From contig NC_068985.1 of assembly GCF_001194135.2 (NCBI RefSeq), positions 28,614,582 to 28,658,128 of the forward strand: a stretch of DNA of 43,547 nucleotides, given 5' to 3'. The translations under genes and the position numbers were made by a program. The notes below the pieces were generated by a model. It made no database searches and was not told the origin of the DNA. It saw nothing but the letters and a program-made list of their open reading frames with translations. The first letter of the stretch is position 1. Every line of letters starts with the position of its first letter. Of the stretch, positions 26,080-36,204 are shown one piece after another. Origin of the DNA: Octopus bimaculoides. Its lineage: Eukaryota.

Positions 26080-26368
26080 GGCGCAGAAGCGGTTGTGTGG
26101 TAAGAAGCTTGTTTCTTTACCACATCGTTTCAAGTTCAGTCACACTGCGTGGCACCTTGGGCAAGTGTCTTCTAATACAGCCTCGGGTGAACCAAAGCTT
26201 TGTAAGTGGATTTGGTGAGCAGAAACTGAAAGAAGCCTGTCGTGTGTGTGTATAGGTATGTGTATATATATATATACATATACATATTACTGTGACTGTG
26301 TCTGTGTTTGTCGCCCCCTCATCATCGCTTGAGAACCGATGCTGGAGTGTTAATGTCCCCGTAATTTA
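26080..26368 (+). mobile_element. SINE family A, 3' end truncated
   Basis: GGCGCAGAAGCGGTTGTGTGGTAAG..GTGGCACCTTGGGCAAGTGTCTTCT..internal TG/TA tract..CATCGCTTGAGAACCGATGCTGG..GTCCCCGTAATTTA, then a trinucleotide tract. Confidence 0.88.
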
Positions 26369-26369
26369 G

Positions 26370-26396
26370 ATTATTATTGCTATTGTTGTTCTTCTT

Positions 26397-26440
<44 letters not shown>

Positions 26441-26461
26441 TATTATTATTATTATTATTAT

Positions 26462-26523
<62 letters not shown>

Positions 26524-26527
26524 TTAT
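26370..26527. repeat. Compound trinucleotide tract (ATT)(ATC)n(ATT)n(AGT)n
   Basis: Read directly. Confidence 0.95.
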
Positions 26528-26530
26528 GAA

Positions 26531-26760
26531 GGCAGCAAGTTGGCAGAATCGTTAGCACGCCGGGCAAAATGCTTAGCGGTATTTCGTCCGTCTTTACGTT
26601 CTAAGTTCAAATTTCGCCGGGGTCGACTTTGCCCTTCATCCTTTCGGGAGTCGATAAATTAAATACCAATGAAACGCCTGGGTCGATATAATCGACGTGT
26701 CCCCTCTCACAAAATTTCAGGCCTTGTGCCTATAGTAGAAAGGATTGTTATTATTATTAT
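26531..26760 (+). mobile_element. tRNA-derived SINE, family B, with an (ATT)n tail
   Basis: GGCAGCAAGTTGGCAGAATCGTTAG (A-box), AAGTTCAAATTTCGCC (B-box), body GTCGACTTTGCCCTTCATCCTTTCGG. Homologous to 32335-32490 and to 40335-40500 (minus). Confidence 0.9.
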
Positions 26761-27000
26761 GTTTTATTGCGTAATATTAGAAATAGTAGCATATATGCCC
26801 AATTCAAAAGAAGAATAAAGTTCTCAGTATTGTGGAGGTGCATTGTATATTCGTACATTTCAAATTGAAGCGATATACATACCCTTATAAATATATTGAT
26901 GTATACATGTTCTTTTTCGATCAATTATTATTTTAAACAAGCAATTTAGCGTGATGTTAAGCTGGTGTATATAACGTGCGGATATAACTGGTGTATATAA

Positions 27001-27362
27001 CTTGTTTCAGGCATTTGACTGCGGCCATGCTGGACCACCGCCTTTTAGTCGAACAAATCGACCCCAGGACTTATTCTTTGTGATCCTAGTACTTATTCTA
27101 TCCGTCCCTTAGGCCGAACTGCTAAGTTATGGGGATGTAAACACACCAACACACGGTTGTGGGGGACAAACACAGATGCAAAGNNNNNNNNNNTATATAT
27201 ATGTATATACATCAGACTTCTTTTCACTTTCCGCCTGCCAAATCCACTCATAAAGCTTTGGTCGGCCCTAGGTTTTAGTAGAATACACAAGGTGTCACGC
27301 AATGGGACTGAACTCAGTGTCATGTGGTTGGGAAGCAAGCTTCTTACCACACATCCACGCCT
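27001..27362 (-). mobile_element. Near full-length SINE family A (10-nt gap in the internal TA tract)
   Basis: TTTGACTGCGGCCATGCTGG..GGACTTATTCTTTGT..CCAAATCCACTCA..GGGACTGAAC..CTTACCACAC, all reverse-complement matches to the 15500 copy. Confidence 0.9.
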
Positions 27363-27364
27363 TG

Positions 27365-27545
27365 GACTCTTCCATTTTCCTTCAACCAAATGCACTAACA
27401 AGGCTTTTGTCGACCCGAGTCTATAGCAGTTAACGCTTGTCCAATGTTTCATCCAGTGGGACGGCATTGATCAGACAGTGAAGTCGAACCCGGTCGTTCC
27501 ACATTACAAAAATCAACGGTCTTAACCACTTGACCGTGCCCAAAG
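27365..27545 (-). mobile_element. Second, more diverged family A-like head in tandem with the 27001 copy
   Basis: CCAAATGCACTAACAAGGCTTTTGTCGACCCGAGTCTATAGCAG..CGCTTGTCCAA..GTCGAACCCGG..CTTAACCAC. Confidence 0.65.
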
Positions 27546-27865
27546 GCATATGCCTACGCCTCTCCATCTATTTGTATAGCAAGATTTAACATCATTTGTA
27601 TGCATTCAAGTTGTTAACAATGGCCAATTTTGCCGCCAGTTCCAGCAAATTATCACACCATTGAATAGCTGAATTCGTTTTCTGTAGAATAGTTGCCGTT
27701 CTTCAATTGTTGCCAACCTCTTTGGTTTATTATAATAAAACTCCGTCTGTTGTGAATTTCTCATTTCTGTCGAAAATAAGTGGGTAAGTAATTAGAATAT
27801 AAAAGCGTAGCTGGATTTTAAAATATAAAAAAAAAGAAACAATAACAAATATATATATATATATA

Positions 27866-27946
27866 CATACAAACATACATCACACAAACACATACAAATA
27901 CACACAGAAGCATACACATGCACACATACATATGTATATGTGTGTG

Positions 27947-27989
<43 letters not shown>

Positions 27990-28240
27990 ATGGAGGAATT
28001 TCAACCATGTTTCGTGGTCTGCTACCACAACAGCTCCTTTATAGGATCCAGTTAGCTCAAGACATCATCAGGAGGAACCACGTCCGGTTTCGGCCCCTAC
28101 TCCTCTACCGTTTCGACGTGGCGGGGCCGCGTCAAAACATACACCATACAAGCATACACCACACAAACACATACAAATACACACAGAAACATACACATGC
28201 ACACATACATATGTATATGTGTGTGTGTGTGTGTGTGTAT
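27866..28240. repeat. Direct duplication of about 95 bp (27866-27960 and 28145-28238) flanking a GC-richer insert of about 150 bp
   Basis: CATACAA(A/G)CATACA(T/C)CACACAAACACATACAAATACACACAGAA(G/A)CATACACATGCACACATACATATGTATATG(TG)n occurs twice, period 279. Confidence 0.9.
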
Positions 28241-28349
28241 ATTTGTATATGTATATAGTAAAAACGTACGAAGTATATAGAAAGTTATCAAACCAGAAAA
28301 GGAAAAACATGATTATCGCTTCCCGATGTAATGAATTTCGTATATGTTA

Positions 28350-28368
28350 CAGTTGCTGCAGTTGTTGC

Positions 28369-28399
<31 letters not shown>

Positions 28400-28471
28400 G
28401 CTGCTGCTGTTGTTGTTGTTGTTATTGTTGTTGGTGTTGTTGTTGTTGCTGTTGCTGTTGTTGTTATTGTT

Positions 28472-28504
<33 letters not shown>

Positions 28505-28682
28505 GCTGTTGTTGTTGTTGTTGTTGTTGCTGTTGTTGTTGTTGTTGTTATTGTTGTTGTTGTTGTTGTTGTTGTTGCTGCTGCTGCTGTTGTTGTTGTT
28601 GTTGTTGTTGTTGCTGTTGTTGCTGTTGTTGTTGTTGTTGTCACAGCTGCAGCTGTTGATGATGATGATGGTGGTGGTAATG

Positions 28683-28739
<57 letters not shown>

Positions 28740-28770
28740 ATGATGATGATTATGATTATGATGATGATGG

Positions 28771-28801
<31 letters not shown>

Positions 28802-28861
28802 AATGATGATGATGATGATTATGATTATGATGATGATGGTGATGATGATGATGACGATGAC

Positions 28862-28896
<35 letters not shown>

Positions 28897-29018
28897 GGGT
28901 GACGATGATGATAATGTTGATGGTGATGATGGTGATGCTGATGATGGTAATTTGAATCACTTCTCACATCAGTTTGATCTATATCGCTGTTGTTTTTGTT
29001 GTTGTTGACGACGACGAC

Positions 29019-29062
<44 letters not shown>

Positions 29063-29125
29063 GGGTGATGATGATACTGCTGACGATGGTGACGATGACA
29101 CTGATGACGGTGATGCTGACGATGG
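28350..29125. repeat. Large compound trinucleotide array: (GTT/GCT)n then (GAT)n with GAC/GGT/TAT variants
   Basis: Read directly. It generates the poly-V/L/C/D/M/H pseudo-ORFs. Confidence 0.97.
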
Positions 29126-29324
29126 CAATTTGGATCACCTCTAGCATCAGTTTAGCCTATATCGTGCAAAGATATCATAAAAGATGCAACTCGCCATGAC
29201 CATCCCATCTCTTTCTCTATCAGACACAACATTGTTCAATATGGCGTTATGTAATTTAAGACGGTAGTCGGAGATGTGAAGCAAATTTGATTTCTGCTCG
29301 TTGCACTTCAACAAACGAAGCAGT

Positions 29325-29341
29325 AAAAGCAGCAACAGCAA

Positions 29342-29417
<76 letters not shown>

Positions 29418-29617
29418 NNNNNNNNNNNNNNNNNNNNNNNNNNNNNNNNNNNNNNNNNNNNNNNNNNNNNNNNNNNNNNNNNNNNNNNNNNNNNNNNNNN
29501 NNNNNNNNNNNNNNNNNNNNNNNNNNNNNNNNNNNNNNNNNNNNNNNNNNNNNNNNNNNNNNNNNNNNNNNNNNNNNNNNNNNNNNNNNNNNNNNNNNNN
29601 NNNNNNNNNNNTGGTGA

Positions 29618-29666
<49 letters not shown>

Positions 29667-29724
29667 GGTGGTGCTGGTGGTGGTGGTGGTGGTGGTAGTA
29701 GTAATAGTAGTAGTAGTGGTGATG

Positions 29725-29780
<56 letters not shown>
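29325..29780. repeat. (AGC)(AGT)n ... (GGT/AGT)n trinucleotide array with an internal gap
   Basis: Read directly. Confidence 0.95.
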
Positions 29781-29781
<1 letters not shown>

Positions 29782-29948
29782 AAGCGGGAAACAGTTGTTG
29801 GACTTCACTTCTTTACTTCGCCTTTTATTTTCTCTGCCGTTATGTATTCTGTGCACGTTTAATACACTGATATATAAATTTCAATATATTTATACTTAAA
29901 TATTCATCGTCTGCAAAATCTTCAGCCTTTGCTTTCTTTCTTTTTAAT

Positions 29949-30000
<52 letters not shown>

Positions 30001-30001
30001 C

Positions 30002-30806
30002 CGAGAAGAAGTCAAAAACTATCTGCACTTTCGCCATAACATTTCTTTATTACTGTCACACTGCCTTCTGCGCATGTGTGCTTATAGTTGGTACTATGGA
30101 GGTCACGTGATCGAAGATTGAGCCCAATCACGCTAAGTTTCTTTCTGAAATATAACATCTTGGGTTTGATACACAAATTATATATACGGGAAGTAAAAAT
30201 TATGCGCATTTTGTCCATAATATATCTTTATTATTGTCACACTGCCTTCTGCGCACGCGTGCTTATAGTTGGTATCATTGTAGTCCCGTGATCAAAGTTT
30301 GAGCCTGATCACGCCTTTTTATTTCTGGTTATACTGTGTAAGCATGACCGCTCCACGAGTAATATAGACCAAAGAAGAACAAAAAGCAGCGATCCGATTT
30401 CTCTGACCGGAAAGTGTGTCAGATGCTGAAATTCATCTGTGGCCTTTAGCACAATACGAGGACAGTACACAACCGCGTAGAGGTGTGAATGAGTGAATCG
30501 AAAAGTTTAAAAGTGGCCGGACAAGCGTGGCGCACAAAGAAGGAGCAGGACGCGCGTCAGCCTCCACCACTGACAAGAAGTTTCAGCAAGATCAAGAGAT
30601 GGTAATGGTGAACCGGTTCACCATTACCATCTCTGGGGTCACTGCTATTTGTTCTTCTTTGGTGCACATTGCTAGTGGAGCGGCCATGCTTACACAGTAA
30701 AACCAGAAAGAAAAATGGCGCTATCAGGCTCAAACTTCGATCATGTGACCACAATAATACCAACTATAAGCACGCGTGCGCAGAAGGCAGTGTGACAATA
30801 ATAAAG
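30002..30806. mobile_element. Mariner-derived composite of three left ends: direct partial copy 30002-30150, left end with transposase N-terminus 30186-30614, and inverted internally deleted left end 30615-30806
   Basis: Tandem period 181 (GTCACACTGCC at 30055 and 30236). Arms 30226-30395 and 30636-30806 are reverse complements with the outer 50 bp identical. The frame from ATG 30344 resembles a mariner HTH domain. Confidence 0.88.
30344..30614 (+). pseudogene. Mariner transposase N-terminal (HTH) relic with 3 in-frame stops
   Basis: MTAPRVI*TKEEQKAAIRFL*PESVSDAEIHLWPLAQYEDSTQPRRGVNE*IEKFKSGRTSVAHKEGAGRASASTTDKKFQQDQEMVMVN. It contains mariner-type EQRxxIRFL, W..KF.SGRTS and GRPS-like motifs. 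Confidence 0.85.
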
Positions 30807-30870
30807 GATTGACCGTTGACTGAACACTATTCAATTTTTTTTCTCCGTGTTTTTCTCCTTGTCTCCGTAT

Positions 30871-30907
30871 TCTTTCTGTTGAAGAGCGTAGCTCGAAACG
30901 TCAAAGA
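30871..30907 (+). ncRNA. Minimal type I hammerhead-ribozyme-like motif (copy 2, best preserved), inside an element of about 195 bp (30807-31002) ending in TA at a gap
   Basis: TCTTT|CTGTTGA|A|GAGC GTA GCTC|GAAAC|GTC|AAAGA. Helix I has 5 bp (TCTTT/AAAGA), helix II 4 bp, helix III is the palindrome ACGT, and the GUC triplet predicts cleavage between 30902 and 30903. Deviations are A6U and an extra A after A9. Confidence 0.65.
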
Positions 30908-32147
30908 CTTTCCGAATTCCCGAGCGTCATACTAATACATCCTTTTTTTTATTTACACCACCTGTCCTCGTCTGTTGTTGTTTTTTCGTATATTCTCATA
31001 TANNNNNNNNNNNNNNNNNNNNNNNNNNNNNNNNNNNNNNNNNNNNNNNNNNNNNNNNNNNNNNNNNNNNNNNNNNNNNNNNNNNNNNNNNNNNNNNNNN
31101 NNNNNNNNNNNNNNNNNNNNNNNNNNNNNNNNNNNNNNNNNNNNNNNNNNNNNNNNNNNNNNNNNNNNNNNNNNNNNNNNNNNNNNNNNNNNNNNNNNNN
31201 NNNNNNNNNNNNNNNNNNNNNNNNNNNNNNNNNNNNNNNNNNNNNNNNNNNNNNNNNNNNNNNNNNNNNNNNNNNNNNNNNNNNNNNNNNNNNNNNNNNN
31301 NNNNNNNNNNNNNNNNNNNNNNNNNNNNNNNNNNNNNNNNNNNNNNNNNNNNNNNNNNNNNNNNNNNNNNNNNNNNNNNNNNNNNNNNNNNNNNNNNNNN
31401 NNNNNNNNNNNNNNNNNNNNNNNNNNNNNNNNNNNNNNNNNNNNNNNNNNNNNNNNNNNNNNNNNNNNNNNNNNNNNNNNNNNNNNNNNNNNNNNNNNNN
31501 NNNNNNNNNNNNNNNNNNNNNNNNNNNNNNNNNNNNNNNNNNNNNNNNNNNNNNNNNNNNNNNNNNNNNNNNNNNNNNNNNNNNNNNNNNNNNNNNNNNN
31601 NNNNNNNNNNNNNNNNNNNNNNNNNNNNNNNNNNNNNNNNNNNNNNNNNNNNNNNNNNNNNNNNNNNNNNNNNNCCTTGTTTGCTAAAATGCATTTATAC
31701 CCCAAAAAGAAAAAAAAAACGTACTAAAAACTGAATGCTTGGAAAAGCTGATTACAATGATATTCAAATTGTTATTCTGGCATATTCTGCACGTAATTTT
31801 ATTTTGCATAAAAGATATGTCTAGAATGTGTTATTCGTGAAAGTTTTTGTGAAATGCACCAACTTATCTAGATGTGACTAGTATAATCCTTGCTACTAAA
31901 GGCATGTTGCACGGGTGTTGTGCGTGCAAGGAGCCGTGTGAATAGACGGGGGGAAAAAAGAGAACAAAATAGGTACCAGTGATAGATTGGGGCTTGTTGG
32001 GTCGCAGCGTAGCCTGGTCATCGCTTCATTTGTATTGTCACTGTATTGTTAATTTCATTCGATTTTCTATATATTTCATGTAAGTTTTAAAAGCCATATT
32101 TTTTGTAAAATCATATCGATTTACTGATCCCATCAGTTCTGTTCATT

Positions 32148-32552
32148 TCTATGTTTAGCCACTGGGGGGCAATAAAGAAATTGGCATTTCGTCTGTCGAC
32201 TTTGCCTTTTATCCTTTCGGGGTCGATAAATTTTACCAATTACGCACTGGGGTCGATGTAATCGACTTAATCCCTTTGTCTGTCCTTGTTTGCCCCCTCT
32301 ATGTTTAGTCGCCTGTGGGCAATAAAGAAATAAGAAACGTTAACACGCCGGGCGAAATACTTAGCGGTATTTCATCTGTCTTTACGTTCTGAGTTCAAAT
32401 TCCGCCAAAGTCGACTTTGCCTTTCATCCTTTCGAGGTCGATAAATTAAGTACCAGTTGCGTACTGAGGTCGATCTAATCAACTTACTCCCTTTGTCTGT
32501 CCTTGTTTGTCCCCTCTATGTTTAGCCCCCCTGTGGGCATTAAAGAAATAAA
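32148..32552 (+). mobile_element. Head-to-tail array of family B-related SINE units (alternative tail): tail stub, then a head-deleted unit, then a near-complete unit
   Basis: The tail CTATGTTTAG..GGGCA(A/T)TAAAGAAAT occurs at about 32150-32183, 32300-32331 and 32516-32550. The body GTCGACTTTGCCTTT..GGTCGAT occurs twice. Confidence 0.85.
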
Positions 32553-33400
32553 TATTTACAATCAAACATATAACAAAGACTATTTAGAGTAATGTAATGT
32601 AGCTCTGTATATGAGCATCTCAGATTTTCGCAATTTTATCGGTTATGTTCTTATATTAGAGGAAAATATGCGATTGTAGTTTCATACTTGTTTGTTCAGT
32701 TGTTCATTTATATTGTTCAGTTGGACGTAATATCATTTTTAAGTGTGTGTAGTTACAGAAGTCAAGTAATAATGTTTAATTAAAAGTAAGTCATTTATAG
32801 TCAGATCGAGTGAATGAGGATGTTTTGAATTGTAATTACAAAGAATATACTTATTGATATTAATAAAGTAAATGCATACGGACTTAATTAAGTGCAACGC
32901 TCGGATTTTTTTATTTATGTTTTCAATCAAGTTTAGAAAAATAGATATTCCTGTGGAAAAATATAATTAGTTTCATTTATGAGAGATAGGAGGTGGGTCC
33001 CACATGCGAAGAAAATTATTCCGGATATCTCAATGAAAGAATGACTCGTAATAGCTGATGTAGTAAATTGCTTTCAGTTCTTTACTGCAAAGGGTACAGA
33101 TGGATTGGACCCTAAAATGTCAAAATTCCCTTTGTAGTGAATAGGAATAAATTAAAACGAAGAATTGCCCTCTCCCTGCCTCCTCCTTTGGAAAATGGAA
33201 GATAAATACTTATATTCTTATAGTCTTCGAAATTTATATTCACTTGTACATTCTACTTTTTTTTTTTAAACTAAGCCTTACTATGCAACTTCTATAATTA
33301 TTCGCATCTATAAACATCACTTCTTCCATCTGAATACTACTGATACAATTATTATGCATATATGCACGTACATATGTATGTATGCATGTATGTATGTATC

Positions 33401-33459
<59 letters not shown>

Positions 33460-33559
33460 GTGTGTGTGTGTGTGTGCGTATGTATGTACTTCGGCTATGT
33501 AACGACACGCGTGCTCTTCCCGGACTACTTCTTCCCCTTCTCACTGGACCTTTCCTCTT

Positions 33560-33600
33560 TCCATTTTCTGACGATGATCCATGCTTGAACCGTTACACGC
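33560..33600 (+). ncRNA. Decayed hammerhead-like motif (copy 3), inside an element of about 200 bp (33492-33695) embedded in TA/TATG tracts
   Basis: CATTTT|CTGACGA|T|GATC CAT GCTT|GAACC|GTT|ACAC. It has a canonical CUGACGA and the same spacing as copies 1 and 2, but helix II and GAAA are mutated. The downstream GAGGTCACCTAATACA resembles GAGCGTCATACTAATACA in copy 2. Confidence 0.45.
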
Positions 33601-34381
33601 TCCATTTTTTCCTTCTTAAATCGAGGTCACCTAATACATTCACAGTGTACATCCATATGACTGTTGTTTCTATTTTTATTTTTGATTAGCCTATGTATAT
33701 ATCTATGTATGCATGCATGTATGTCATTGTTCAGTTTTATTTCAAGATTTCTTGCCAATAGAGAAAGAGCCGGTTTCTAACCTAGATCCAAGGCTCCTTC
33801 ATTGGAATTTCAACATCAACAACAGGGTATTTTAGCTTGTATGAATGCATGCATGTATGTATATATATGTGTAGATTTGTATGTTTTGCTTTATGTATGT
33901 ATCCTCATGCATATAGTTGCATATCTAAACATGCTCATATATATTTAAATCCTCTGGAACAGATTTTTACATTTCCAGTGATGGCTTGGATCTGTAGTCT
34001 TCGAATTAGCTTTATCACCAGTAAATTTTCCTTTTTATCTGTAATGATAAAATTTCAAAAACCGAAATGTACGTATTGTAGATACATAATTTGAGTGCAT
34101 GCAAAATAGAATTATGTCATTCGTTTGTTTTTCAAATTTTAAAATTACTTTTTAAAAGGTATAAGAAACTATATTTAATCAAAAACACAATTAGCTTTCT
34201 TCTGTGAAGGAAGGAAAATTTCCGGACATACATACATGCATACATACATACATACACATGCTTATACATACACGAATATATATCCTTGGACGCGGGTGCG
34301 TGCGTGTGTATGTGTGTATCTCTGTATGTATGTCTGTAGACATACAGACACACAGACACACAGACACACAGACACTCACAA

Positions 34382-34445
<64 letters not shown>

Positions 34446-35601
34446 GATAGATGTTTCGTTGATAGATAAATTAACTTCAAATCTTGCTAATGGATTGCCA
34501 AATTCGGGCAAAAACCACATCAATCAATGAGTCAGCCAAGAAAAGAACTATAAGAACCAACAAAGCAAAAGAATAAGCAAACAGCTGCAGGAACATACAT
34601 ACAATACAATACTATTAGATTCGATTCTCTTTTTCCTTCTTTCACACTCTCCTCCTCTCTTACTTAAAATTTCTTTCTTATTCACTGGAAATGCTTTCAC
34701 ATATGCACTCATTCGTTCAAAATAGAAAACAAAAATACGTTCATACGTTATTGAGCGAAGTGAGGAATAAATGCGTACACCTATATTCGAAAAATGTATT
34801 CAAACTTTCGTTGGTAGTTCTCTTATTTTTATAACTAACCTATAGAGTACTTACTTTGTAACATAGATTAGATCAATTTGGTTTGGAAATGATTGAGAAA
34901 AAAAAACAACAACTTCCAGTTCATCTATCATCAGAATATACGGTAGGAAATCACTCGTTTCGTCGTTTTTATAGTTTTATATTTTTACTTATCTATTTGC
35001 TTACTTGGAAATTTTTAAATGTTTTTGTTGAAATATCTGTATTCTCAATTTAGATGAATAACCCGTTGAATGCTATTGCAATCATCACTTAGACATAAAA
35101 CAGGGAAAATGTCTAAAATACAACAAATAATCTTTATGAATGTTATATATTATCTTCACAGTATTGTTACAGTTCAAAGGACAAGAGGATAAAATGTGAA
35201 GTACCAGTAAAAAGAAGAGTCACCCGTTAATGTTTGATCAATCACATCAAACTTGTAATTTATTTTCTTTTTAAATTAACCTCAGATCAGTCCTGGTCAA
35301 ACTGACTAATAAGCAAATGAATTCCGGCTACGACCATCTCATCCCAACGTTTTTATGCCAGTGAATACTTTGCCCAAACTGGTGGAGGCCCTGCTGTTAT
35401 TGCTGGCGGGTCAAATAATTCTTGGAACTGCTATCTATCAAAAAGAATAATGTTAATCTATAAGCTTGCGAACTGAAACCTTTAAATTATTCTACCTAAT
35501 GTAAATAGAAGTACTTTAGTGTACAGAGTAAGGTGTGTGACTTCTGTACGTTATCTAACTGGTCGTTGTTGCAAAATTTATAGTAATAAATTTTATGTGT
35601 A

Positions 35602-35604
<3 letters not shown>

Positions 35605-35698
<94 letters not shown>

Positions 35699-35700
35699 AC
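35605..35700. repeat. (TG)n microsatellite
   Basis: Read directly. Confidence 0.95.
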
Positions 35701-36204
35701 GTGTGAGTGTGTGTGTGCGCGTGCGCGTGAACTTATGTATGCGAGCGCGAGTGAGTGTGTGCATGTATGTAACTTAGTTCTCGCATAATTTAAATATCGT
35801 GGACCTGAAAGCACGGCCATTTTTCAGGCATTGTAAAGCAAAGTGGAGAAAAAAAAACGTTTCTTTGTTGCAATTTGATCGTCATTGATCGGATCTGGTC
35901 CCGTCAACCTAAGGATAATCCAGCGACAGCAGAGAAAAATTAAATCTCAACAGGTTGAAGCAGGTGCGCTATTAATATCGCTTAGTCATCGATGCATGAT
36001 TACTGGACGCGTTAGCGACATCAGAGCGTAAGTAATGGCTGAGACCTAACATAGAGACAGATGTTGGAAAATACTTCACAAAGCATGCACTAAAGACATC
36101 GGTGTGTGTTGTTTGATGCACATGTTTCTGGTGTGTCTGTTGGACCATAGAGTTGTAGAAACGGAGGTCCAAAATCTCTACGCCTGGTTTCGATATGTCG
36201 GGTT

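Noticed and set aside
26531-26600. Family B head considered as an HDV-like ribozyme (CGCCG-GG followed by a GAAAT/ATTTC-type hairpin)
   Set aside because: No recognisable L3 or J4/2 catalytic C. A- and B-boxes explain it as a tRNA-derived head.
28288-29870. Long ORFs of poly-V/D, poly-L/M, poly-C, poly-T, poly-I/N, poly-H, poly-S/G and poly-Y
   Set aside because: They are simply the reading frames of stop-free trinucleotide arrays, with no domain or splice support.
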